Part shown: piece after piece, positions 1 through 12,079 of the stretch | How the letters are laid out: every line of letters starts with the position of its first letter | How positions within the stretch are numbered: the stretch's first letter is position 1 | DNA from: Amoebidium appalachense | Taxonomy: Eukaryota; Protista; Ichthyosporea | DNA: 64,000 nt | Direction: 5' to 3' | NCBI GenBank assembly: GCA_963693365.1 | Contig: CAVNZM010000002.1 | Location: forward strand, 14,479,615-14,543,614 | The notes under the pieces: model-generated | What the model was told of the DNA's origin: nothing | Databases searched by the model: none | Seen by the model: the letters and a program-made list of their open reading frames with translations, nothing else | Made by a program: the position numbers and the translations under genes

Positions 1-1081
1 GAGCCCAAAGGGGGGGCCCACGTCATCCACAGTACCCGAGTTTCGACCCATTCACCTCGTTAACGATACCCAACTCAGACACTGTTTCACTTGAACATGG
101 GTGGGTAACCCGTCTTGATCAGCCACGAGCAGGGTTACTTATGCAGGCAAGGGCAGTGGGAAAGGCCGGGGGTTAAAATTGCAGCAGTAATCAGAACTTT
201 TTGGGGGGGGGGGGGGGGGGGGGACGAAGAGAGGATTTGAGAAAGGTAATCTGTCAAAGAGGGGAAAGGTATCGGAGGGAAAGGGCCGGGGGGAGAGGGG
301 GGGGGGGGGGAGGGGGGGAGAGGGGAGGTGGGGTAATGAATGCGTTAGAGAGGGGGGGAGGGGGGGGGGGGAGGGGGTGCTAAAGGTGATAATGCGTGGA
401 GTAAGGAGACGGACGAGGATTCTGAAGGGGTAAAGTGGCATGGGTTGGTTTGACAGGGCCGGGAGAAGGGGGGGGGGGGGGGGGGGGGATATAGACATGG
501 GGACCTATGTGCGTTCAGGAGAGAGTGGATGGAAGAGCTTGAAGGGAGTAGCTGGAGTACGTTAGGAGCCCCCAGGGGGGGGGGGGGGGGTCGTAGGTTA
601 CACAGTGAACACATAAAGTGTTGCCTGGAGGTAAAAAGCAAACTGACCAAACCCGCCATAATGATAATTATGAGTAACCCACTGTATTGGTGCGTGTTTC
701 CATCTCTGACCAGGCCGAACAACTAAACGGGTTGGTCAACCCCAATTTTCTGTGACTATATGAAGAGGAAACGGCAGGAAAGAGCACAGAAACACCCAAG
801 GTGCCCTGTATGAAAGATACGAGTACGTTACAAAACCACACAGGTAACTAAAGTGTGTCACCACCAAGAACACGGACGAAGCACGGCCACACCACACAAG
901 CACCGCACGTACAGCAAAAATTGCGCACAGATAGCTGCAGCAAAGCCCTAAACAACGAGGCTGTGCACGCACGCACGCTCACACACACACACACACACGC
1001 ACGCACGCACCACACACACACGGCACGAACATGCACACAGAGCATTATTTGCATCCCACCCCTCCAGCAAATAAGTCTCAC

Positions 1082-1240
1082 CTCGTCAAATACCGGGGCT
1101 ATGTTTGCAACGAAAAGTGTTTTCTTTTCCGGATGTTCCTCATTTTTTGCTTGATGCTCCCTCCCGTACAAATAGTGTATAGCTCCGCCAATATCTACGG
1201 CGTAGACCTTGTATCCCGACACCTCACAGAAGGCAGCCAT
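1082..1240 (-). CDS. RRP7: First coding exon of an RRP7-like ribosomal RNA-processing protein; the rest of the gene is not resolved and probably runs off the window start
   Basis: MAAFCEVSGYKVYAVDIGGAIHYLYGREHQAKNEEHPEKKTLFVANIAPVFDE resembles the RRP7 N-terminal RRM-like motif (HYLYxxEH...TLFVxN). It is followed by a GAG|GTGAG donor at 1081. Confidence 0.8.
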
Positions 1241-2033
1241 TGCAAAGTGTATAGGAGGTTACTGTTAAAGAAAGGGCAAAAGAGAAAGTCCTCAACTGAA
1301 TAATCTCCAAGAACTTCACTTTCAATACGATCAATTAAAGATGTTGTTGTCTTGTCCTGTGACTGTCTCGCTGAGAAATAAACAAGGTTGACAAGTTGTA
1401 GTTGAAAGGTGGATGGGTGAAAGCGTTGGCGCTTTTATGAAAAGGATGTGCAAGCTTTTTGATTAGCAGAAAACATGTCCTTTTAACTTCAATATTTAAT
1501 TACAGTACACAACATATAGGTAGGTTTGGATCGGTTGAAACAACAACGTTCAACCCATGAGAGTCTAGAGGTTTTAGGTTTGTGTCCTTCATGACACAGT
1601 CTCAGTGACAGTCTGCCAGCCTTAGCCGGACCAACTTGAAGTTGCACGTGCACTTCACACACAGACAGCTAGGGGGATCCTTGCTGCCAGCATTTGGTTG
1701 GCTAAAACGGTATCGCTTTTATACTTTTGGCTAAGTCTTATCTCTTTTGATTCGCCCAGCCAGCACAATCAACCTAGCTCTTGTAATGTAGGAGCAATAA
1801 AGAACCATTATTGATTATATACGAACGGGTTTTATTGGTTGCCACGCTTTTCTGGTTCTGATTGGCTTGTTTCCTGTAAAATTTTATCGTCTCTCAGCTG
1901 AAGAGACTCAGTGCTGCAGTTTGCCGCTCAGTTTTCACACTGTAGACACTCATTTGTGGCTGTAACAAGTACGTTTCAGGCCTAAGGCGTTAGCTACTAC
2001 ATTATTTAGCTTGGGGAAGAAAAGTATAAGAGA
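1241..2033. promoter_or_regulatory. Putative bidirectional promoter between RRP7-like (-) and FAM114A-like (+)
   Basis: Divergent ATGs about 790 bp apart, no microsatellites, E-box CACGTG at 1645-1650, reverse CCAAT boxes (ATTGG) near 1834 and 1861. Confidence 0.5.
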
Positions 2034-4737
2034 ATGGCCGACTCAGAACATGAGGCGTTTGAGAGTGCTGAGGAGTATGAAGGAGAGGAGGAAGGAACGA
2101 AGTCCGAGGGAAAACGAAGCAAAGGGGCAAAAGTAGAGAGCGAAGATGAAGATGTCGTAGAGCGGAAGGGAGAGGGGGAAGACGAGAAGCAAGAGGTCGG
2201 GGAAAAGGACGAAGAGAGAAAAGAGGGAAACAATGGAGTTCTTGAAAATGTAGAAGGGGAAGTCAACATAGTGAAAGAAGATGAACCGACCAAGGAGGAA
2301 GAGGTTAAATCAGTTCCCGAGCAAGAAATAGAGACGGAGACACAGAGCAAAAAGGAAAAAGCTGCAGTTGATCCTGAGCCTGTGAAGGAAGCTGAGGCCA
2401 CATCTACGGAAGGAAGTAAGTTGAAGAAAGATGAAGAGAGCCCAGTTCAAGCCGCCACGGAGGCAAAGGCTCCAGCTTCTGCATCACCCGGTAGGTTACC
2501 ACATAGGGCCGCTTCTGTGCTTTGCGTGTATGGTTAAGTATTGCATCTACCTTTTTTCCCTGACAAATGAAAAATGGAACCGTCGGTTTACTTGCTATGG
2601 TGCATTCTGAGTTTTCACCTCTACTTTTTTCGCTTGTGTTTGTCATTGTTTTATGTATGGTCATGATCTTCTTAAGATTATGCTTGTGCTCTCCAGCCTA
2701 ACAACAAACAACCCGGCTTTGCTGTCTCCATATCATCAATTTGCTTTTTAGAACACTTCGTCCCCCCCCACCCCCCACCCCCCTCTCCCTCTCCCCCCCC
2801 CCCCCCCTCCCCCCCCCCTACTCTCTCACTCTCCCCCTTTTATTCCTACACCTCCGCAAATCCAAACAAGAACACAGGCAGAGAGGCATTTTCCACCCAT
2901 TGGTCTTATATATATATTGACTGTTGACTTACCCTTTGCAGTTATTGAAAAGAAGGAAGTAAAGGAGGATCCAAAGGCGGTGGAAAGGAGGTATGCGTAT
3001 GGTGGTATTGCTGCGAATATTTGTGTGTGTGTATGTGTGGAGGGAGGGCAAAGGGTTAAAGAGAGGGAAGGAGGGGGGAGGGGGGGAGGGGGGTTAATAA
3101 GGGGAGGCGTATGTGAGTGATGGTGTGTTGAAGGTCTTGGAGGTGGGCAGAGAGGAGGGGAGGGGGGGGGGGGGGGGGGGAGGGGGGGGGGGGGAGGGGG
3201 GGGGGCGGGTTGATGTGGGGAAGGCGTGTCTGATGACACGTTGGAGAGGTATCAATTTTTTCATTACTATAGCACAAACATATATCCCCCCTCCCCCCTT
3301 CCCCCCCTGGGATCTGTTCAAGTGTCTTCTGCCTGCCCGCCTAATTTGTTCGATTCCGGGTTCGTCATTTTTGTGAAGTTTTGTAGTTTAGTCCTTTGGT
3401 GTCTCCTCCATATTTCCAACCCTCTAACACATACACCCCCCCCCCCCCCCCCCCCCCCCCACGCCAAAAAAAATGGAAAGAGAAAATAAGGAAGAAGGGG
3501 GGGGGGGGGGGGGGGGGGATGTCCCAGCCGAACAAGTGGTCATGAATTTAAGGGAGACTGTTTTGGGGGAGAGGGGAGGCAAGGCCAGGGAGGAGCAAGG
3601 GAGGGAGGTGGGGGGGGGGGGGGGGGGGGGGGGCTACCCATAACAAGCGGATAGAAGAGGGGGGAAGGGGGGGAGGGAGGGGGGGGAAGGGGGGGGGGGT
3701 CAAGAGGGGTGACGGCAGGAGACTATTAGGCGCTCACTAGCAACCCAAATGCCAGGCAGGGACGGGGAGGGGGGAGACTTACGCATGCAATCCGTAGTGT
3801 CGAAGTTTCCTTTTCTTCTCGTCCTTCTAGCCTATCTTTCTGTGTGCAGGCCTCTTGCTAGCAACCTCCCCCTTTCCCCCCCCCCCCCCCCCCCTCCCCC
3901 CTCACCCCCCACCTCCGTCCCATCAGCAGGGGGGGGAGGGGGTAGGAGGGGGAAGCCTGGGGAAGAGGGGGGAAGGAGGGGAACGGGACTATTATTCAAG
4001 AAACAGGGATCTGCCATTTCATTTATACCAGTCGAACCTCACGTGTTGACTATTTTTAGATTCGGTACGCTGGATTCTGTGGACAAGACTAAGAAGGAAA
4101 TCATCGAGAAGGTACGTAGCTCAACTAAATAATGATTTTGGCAATCTAACATCATGTGTCATTATATTCTGATACTCCCTCATAACCACTTTACTCTTAT
4201 TATACATACCTCTCCCTCCCCCCCCCCCCCCTCCCCCCCCCCCCCCCCTCCCCCCTCCCCCCCCCCCCCCCCCCACTATGTTCTGAACTGCTGGGTCACC
4301 GATGGAATGACTGGCTCCTTCTCTCCTCGTGGATTCCTCCCCCTCCTCCCCCCCCCCCCCCCCCCCCCCCGGCATCCTGCTTTTTTGTGGGGGCCTGGGG
4401 ATCTGCCTAAACTGCCTGATAAGGGGTTTTGTACAACTGTCTCTTGTCTGCACATTCCCTATAGGGAGCCTCTTCACTTTTAATCGCTTTTTTCATGTCG
4501 TTTATTCACTCTGCTTTACAATGTATACACCCCCCCATCCCCCCTATTCGAAATGGACACCCGGAGCAAAGGGAGAGGGACCTGGGCAAGAGAGGGGGGG
4601 GGGGGGGGTCCCCCAACCGATACAACCACCCACCTGACGCAATCTCTCTTGCACACACACACACACACGCACACAAACACCCCCGCGCACACTCACACAA
4701 CACACACACACACACATACACACACACACACACACAT

Positions 4738-4770
<33 letters not shown>

Positions 4771-5253
4771 GGGAGGTGGGCTCAGCACTCTTAGACCGTC
4801 TTGCACCAAAGGAACAGCCAGCGGCCCAGCCGGCAGCCACTGGGGGGTGGGGTGGGTGGGGTGGCGGCTGGGGGTCACTGTGGGAGAGTGCCACCCAGGC
4901 AGTGCACACAGTGAGCGATGTGGCCGCACAGGCAGCATTGGCCCTGCTGGAGGACGAAGAGGATAGGTGAGTTAAAATGTTAAAATTTAATATCGTGGGG
5001 TCCAATGTGGTGATTGATGCTGATGTGAGAAGGAGAAGGAGGGCTAGTTGCATGGTTGGTTGTCTTGAAAGGTATCAGTCTGGTGCTGGGGCTGATTAAT
5101 GGCCAAAGGGCCAAAGTTCAGATTTAGTCTGCGGCTGTGTACGGTATCACATATTTTGAAATTTCAGTGGCTGCCTCAAGATCCCCCTATAGCATGCATC
5201 GCCCGTGCAATCACAATATCCACTCACAGACACACATACAGACGCACACACGA

Positions 5254-5287
<34 letters not shown>

Positions 5288-5384
5288 TCTCTCTCTCTCT
5301 CTCTCTCCCCCCCCCCCCCCCCCCCCCCCCCCCCCTTTCTCCCTCCCTCTCTTTCTCTCTCTCTTTCTCTCTCTTGCTTTCTCC

Positions 5385-5415
<31 letters not shown>

Positions 5416-7274
5416 AAAAAAAAAAAAAAACAGTATGCCCCCTCCCTCCTTCCCTCTTCCCTTTCTCTTTCCCTCTTCCCCCCCTCTCCCCCTGCCCCTC
5501 TCCCCCCCCTCCCCCCGCTATCTCTCTATCTGTGTTGCATTAAACGGACATGTTCACACGTGCAAATACAGACAAATGCATGCATTGGGTCACTGGTGGT
5601 GAACGTGTGTCCCTAATCTGACTGATTTTTGCTCTCACAGAGCAAGAGCAGAAAAGGTCGCCCAGAAATCCCAATCACGAGAAGGACCTTCAGATAGCGG
5701 CACTGAAAATCCAGAAATATCGAAACAAAAACCCGGGAGACCAGAGCATAACGCCGCAGAGGTGGCTAAGCAGGCAGTGAGAGAAGTGGGTGATGCCGGG
5801 ACGGAAATGGCGTCGTTTTTGGCTGCAAATTTGAAAACTGGGTTTAGCACGGCAACAGATGCGGCGTTGAAACTGAGCACTAACCTGCAGAGCCTGGCCG
5901 TTGAAGATGGTGGGTGTTGGCTGTGGGGTTGTGTATTAGTTGTTAAGGGATATTTGATATGTGATTGTTATTGTTGTTGTTGTTTGTTGTTTTTGTTGTA
6001 CGAAGATGGGGGGAGGGGGGGGGGGGGGGGGGGGGTTAACGTTTGTCAAATGAAGCTAATTGTGCGTGTCGAATCGAAGGGAAGGTGAGGGGTTAGTGGG
6101 GGAGCTGCCTCTCGGTATTCTCTCTATTGCTCTCTCCCAGTCCCTGTCCCTCTCCCTCTCCCTCTCCCCCTCTCGTCCCCTCTCTATTCCTCGCCAACAG
6201 CCTCACCCTCACAGTCACCCTCTCTCTCATCTTTGCCCTCACCCTCGGCATCTGCCACCCTCACGCACACACTCTCTCCCTCCTCCCTTTACCCCTCCAC
6301 ACCCCCCCCCCCCCCTTCCCCTCTCCCTCTCCCCCCCCCCCTCTCTCTCTCTCTTTCTCTCTCTCCGTCCCCCCCCTCCCCCCCCCCCCCCCCCCCCCCC
6401 CCCTTTTCTCCTTGCAATTGAGTGCTGTGAGCGAGGTATGACATGACTATCGGCAAGTAGTGGTATGGGTCGAGTCAGAAACAAAGTGTTGCTACTTCCT
6501 GAACCCCTCACTCGTACACACTCGTGTGCGCATGCACACACACACACACACACAGTGATGGAGCAGAGTCTCGGTGCACTAGAAAACCTCGGCAAAAAGA
6601 CACTGTCCGTCATAACGGACAAAGATCCAGCAGAGGTGGCCGCTGAGCGTCGCAGAAAAATGATGGAAGGTTTGTGCTTCCTTGCTGCTCTCTTTCCCCG
6701 TGCCCTCTCCCCTTCATCCACACACAGACAGACAGATACACACACGTGCACGCGCGCACACACATACACGTGCACACACCCATATACACACACACACACA
6801 CACACCCTATGCACACACATAATTCCAACCCCCTCGTGGTGTTGAACACAGGTAGTGGTAATGGAAGGACCATTTCGATTATCTATTGACCAGCTTCTAT
6901 TTGCTGACGGAATTTTTCTTTGGGTCCAGCATCTACCAATGAGCAGGAGGCAGGGTCAGGGGAGACTGACAGTTTGGAACCCCCTGCATTTGCGGACCGA
7001 TATGAGAAGTATGGGGGGAGCACAGCAATGAGCCAGCTCGAAGCTGCAGCCAGACAGAGTGAAACAACACTGCAGGCACAGGTGTGAATCAAGGGGGGGG
7101 GGGGGGGGGGGGGTGGAGCAGGGGGTCTTCTTGGGAGGCGTGTTTTTTTTTTTTTGGCTCATGCTTGATAATTTGATTGCAATGATGTGGGGGGTTTATT
7201 TGCTGCCTTGATTGTGCTAGGAATGATAGATCGGCAATACATCACCACTCTGTTAGTTAGCAACTGGCTTCCAC

Positions 7275-7310
<36 letters not shown>

Positions 7311-7494
7311 TGAGGCATAGGAACCCCCCTGATGATGGGCTCTGTTCAAGTATCTTCTGCCTGCACCCTTAAATTGTTTGATTTTGGATTTCCCATTTTG
7401 TGACGTTTTGTTGAGGCTCGTTGTTGTCTCCTCCATATTTCCAACCTTCTAACGCATACATCACCCCCCCCCCCCCCCCCTCCCCCAAACACAC

Positions 7495-7543
<49 letters not shown>

Positions 7544-8335
7544 TTACACATAACACCATGTGCATAACGTACGCCACTATGCCTCAATCAGTCCTTCTCG
7601 TCCACCCCCCCCCCCCCCCCCCCCCCCTCCCCGTCCCCTCCCCTCCCCTTCTCTATAGGTTAGGTAGTTAAGGAGCTTTGTAGAAGCCCGGCTCATGCTC
7701 TATTTCTCTGCTTGTTTTCTTTGTTTTTGTCTGCTTGCAGATTTTGTAGATTCTGTGTTCTTAGATTGCTGCTCCTTGAGCAACCCTGCTCGTTTTGGCC
7801 AACAAGACGATGGACTCACCTATTGCTGTTGAAACACAGTATGGGTTGGGAACCACGCGCGAGAGGTTAAAGAGTCAAAACCCATGCTTTTGTGGAGGCA
7901 TAGGAACCCCCCTAATGATGGGCTCTGTTCAAGTGTCTTCTGCTTGCACGCTTAAATTATTTGATTTTGGGTTTCTCATTTTTGTGACGATTTGGTTGTT
8001 GCTCTTTGTTGTCTCCTCCTATCTCCAACCCTCTAACGCATACATCACCTCCTCCCCCCCCCCCCCCCCCCCTCCCCCCCCCCCCCACACACACACACGC
8101 ACACACACACACACACACAAACTACCCCTCCTCCCCTTCCGCTCTTGCCCACTGAGCCATAACATGCTTCTTTTCTTGAATAATAATTTGCCCTATTTCC
8201 GACCTCCCACCACAAACTCAACCCCTCACAAACCATCCAACCAACCATCGGTCTCTGCACCTTTCCCTCCCCCCCCCCCCCCCCCCCCTCTTTCCCCCCC
8301 CCCCCACCCCCCACACACACACACCACCGCCACCA

Positions 8336-8427
<92 letters not shown>

Positions 8428-8476
8428 GCGCACGGGCGCACACACATGCACCCCTCTCCCCCCTCTCCCCCCAACT

Positions 8477-8530
<54 letters not shown>

Positions 8531-9512
8531 CTGTCAGCGCTTTCAGCAGCAGAAAAGAAGCAACAAGACAGCACATACGAGATTTTAAAAAAAACTTTGA
8601 AGGATGTGGGGGAGGATGAAGAGGAGGAGGGGGCAGAGGGCATGAAAGAGGCAGGCGCACAGTGTGCAGATGCACTGAAGGGTCCGTGTACTAGTGCCCC
8701 GTGTACACGTGCTCATACTAAATGTAGTGGGGGTAGGGTGGGGATTAGCAGGGAGAAAGGGGAGTGGCCAGGGAGGGTAGAAAGGGAAACGGATGAAAGA
8801 TCCTGTATGTATGGACATTGTATATATGTGTGGGTTGAGGCATGGGAATCAGAAAGCCTGGGATTTTTTTTTTTGTGGAGAAGGAGGGGGGGGGGATGGT
8901 ATAGACAAAATGATATACACGAGGGGGGGGGGGGGGGGGGGGGGGGGTTACACGACTAAATGAATGACACATGGAGATTGATACGTCCTCCCTTTGCAGC
9001 GCAAGAACTCTCGACGGACTCCCTTGAAAAGCTGCAGCAACGATTGGCTGCTGAAGACGAGTGGATTGCCAAATTTAGAAATGAGCTTGTTGGGGATATG
9101 CCCAGTGACACACCGGCTGAAGGTGGGGACGATGGCTGGGGTTCGGATGATGTCAAACTGACCCTCCAGGTAATCCGTCCCACCCACCCCCCCCCCCCCC
9201 TCCCCCCCCCCCAAAAAAAAGGAGGAAAGAAACAAAGAAAGAAAGATGAAAGAAATACATGTTGGGAACCGCGCGTGAGAGGTCAAAGAATCGAAACCCA
9301 TCCTTTTGTGGAGGCATGGGGACCCTCTTGGCCATGGGCTCTGTTCAAGTTTCTTCCGCCTTCACTTTCCTTTTTGTTTCTTTTTCGTAATGTTTTGTCG
9401 GTTTGATCGTTTTTGGTCTTTCTTTTTTTTTCGTCTTTTGATGTCTCTGCCCGATATTTTCAACCCCCGAACGCATACTCCCCCCCCCCCCCCCCCCCTT
9501 TGTGCGTGCTCT

Positions 9513-9594
<82 letters not shown>

Positions 9595-9813
9595 CAACGA
9601 CTTGATGCTGAGCCAGAGAAGGTTCTAGACGAGGTCTATAGTCGGGCCATTGATGCATTGGCCTTCTTCTCTGCCACGGCCATTGCTCACCTTCTTGCAA
9701 TCACAAAAACACAGCTCCCAGGTAGCCCCCCCCCCCCCCCCCCTCCCCCCCTCCCGCCCCCCAAATGTTGCATAAAGCCTTGTGTGCTTGGCGAACATAT
9801 GTATGCCCTGCAC

Positions 9814-9852
<39 letters not shown>

Positions 9853-11149
9853 CCTTGATTCTTTCTTTTTTGCGTGTAATTTTTGCTTCGTACAGCGTAA
9901 CCGTATTCCCCCCCCCCCCCCCCCCCCCCCCCGCGCACCCCCATCCCTTCCCTTCCCACACCCCGATCCCCACTCCTAAAGCATCATGCTGTTGTCTAAA
10001 GAAGTGTGCCGTGAATATAGCTACCCTATGACGTCCACTCCAAGATTGTTTTTGTCAACGCCACACGAACACGAAAGTGCAATCAGTTGCGGCACTGTCA
10101 CACGAACATGCCTACTTATGCCCTTTGAATTAATCACTTTGCTTGTTTCTAGTTGCTCTGGTTAATCTTCACGTAATATGCTTTTTTTGATGTAGTGGTA
10201 ACCGGATGTAAGGGTGAGGAAGTTGGGGAGAAGGAGGAGGGGAGGTGGGGGGAGGGGGGGGGGGGGGGGGGGATGTTGAAGAGAATATGCACATGCACCC
10301 ACCTCAAGGCTTTGGATGCATATGGGTGGTGGAGTTTACCCATTGTTTAGAGAAACACTACCGTATTTGGACTTCCCAGTGGCCATCTTATACACAATCT
10401 GAGTGGGCCCATATGCAGCTGGGGACATCAGTGCTGTGTCACGGGGTGAGGCTGTGCGGCTATTGGGATCGTGGCAGGTGCGAGCAATCAACCACGTGTC
10501 CAGTGCATATGTGGACCTACTGAATGCCGTCAGAGACCAGGTATGTGCTGTCCCTTTGTGTTTTGTGTGGATTTGTGCGGGTTACTGGTTTTGAGTGTTA
10601 AAGATGTTGAGGCGGCGCCCGGGGGGGGGGGGGCTCAGTGTTTGGGTAAAGAAAACTTTAGTAGATATTAATGGCGCCAATTCCGCTTTGTGTTTGGCAC
10701 GCATTGACGAAATTTCAAGAATGGTAGAAATCGGTGGGGCTTTTTTTTGTTTTTTTTTTAACGCGGATGGTGCACGGATGTGTTCTGACCTGTTTGCTCT
10801 TGCCTTTGTGATGACTTTCGCCTTTAATTGGCAGCAGCTTACAGATTTCCACGTGCGGCTGCAGATTATGTTCCTAATCTGGTATTACAGGTGCATATGG
10901 CTGCCTATGACTGTTATTTTGCTCCTCGTGTATCTCCTCCTTCAGCAGTCTCCCATGGCCTTAACCCCCCCTTCCCCCCCCCCCCCTCCCCTCCCCCCCC
11001 CCCCCCCCCCCCCCTTTTATTCACCGACCGAGCTTCTTCCGTTGCTTCTGATTATTATAGTTGCTGTGTGTCGCTCCACACTTGATCCCTTCTCCTCCCC
11101 CTCCCCCTCCCCCCTCCCCACTCCCTCGGACCTGCCCTGCCTTCTCTGC

Positions 11150-11189
<40 letters not shown>

Positions 11190-11194
11190 TACAT

Positions 11195-11277
<83 letters not shown>

Positions 11278-11293
11278 CCCTCCCCCCCCCCCC

Positions 11294-11324
<31 letters not shown>

Positions 11325-11587
11325 CCTTTTCCTCCCCCCCCTCCCCCCCCCCTCCCCTCACCCCACACACCACACACTCATGGTCACCCACACATGCACA
11401 GGTGGAGAGCACATGCGGCAGTGACCCCTCCGACAAGGTGCGTGTGGAGGTAGTGGACAACCACAGCACCCTGCACACCACAAATGTGTTTCTGGAGGCC
11501 GGCAATGCATCCTCCCACGTCACTGATGCTGTGGCTTACCTGATCCCCGTGCTGCGTCTGCAGGCCTTGGCTACCCCCCAAAAGTAG
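2034..11587 (+). CDS. FAM114A: FAM114A/DUF719-like protein, 12 exons
   Basis: Approximate exons: 2034-2490, 2942-2990, 4060-4111, 4770-4966, 5641-5909, 6556-6669, 6930-7081, 8531-8681, 9000-9169, 9595-9721, 10419-10540, 11402-11587; all phases join. Acidic N-terminus, [31 protein letters not shown] and C-terminal [25 protein letters not shown] resemble FAM114A motifs. Confidence 0.85.
7829..8053 (+). repeat. Most complete copy of a dispersed intronic repeat family (head plus body, followed by poly-C)
   Basis: Shares gaggcat..ctRatgatgggctctgttcaag...ttgtctcctc...ccaaccYtctaacgcatacatc with copies at about 3308-3436, 7311-7465, 9250-9480 and 40717-40900 (+), and 1-91, 23096-23300 and 24160-24206 (-). 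Confidence 0.8.
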
Positions 11588-12079
11588 ACTAAGAGACGGA
11601 GTAGCGGTGGTGTGCATAGTGGGGTGACTGGTTTTCTAGGTTGATGGCGGGAACAGGAATGGTGGGATTAGGGTGGGGAACATGTTTGAATGTCGTGAAG
11701 AAGTACCTTTTTTTTTTTTCATGCCGGCTGTTTTGAAAGGCTGTGTCTGCGTGTGGGTGTTTGGGGGGGGGGGGGGGGGGGGGGGGGTGCGTGCGTGCGT
11801 GCGTGCGTACCTGTGTGTACCTGTGTGCACGTGTGTGCGTGCATGTGTTTTTTTGTTTTGTTTTGTTTTGTTTTTATCGGGGGGGGGGGGGGGGGGGGGG
11901 GGGGGATTGGGGAGGGGGGGAGGGGGCTTCATTCATATATACAACTGCAAAGGTTGAGTGCAATCGGCACATAAATAATATTATGTGTTCAAGTTAATTT
12001 CTCTGGGTGAATGAAATGGTTCTTGTGTTGTGTCCTGTACCGTAAAAACAGTGTTGTGGGACAAAGAAATAAATTAGCA

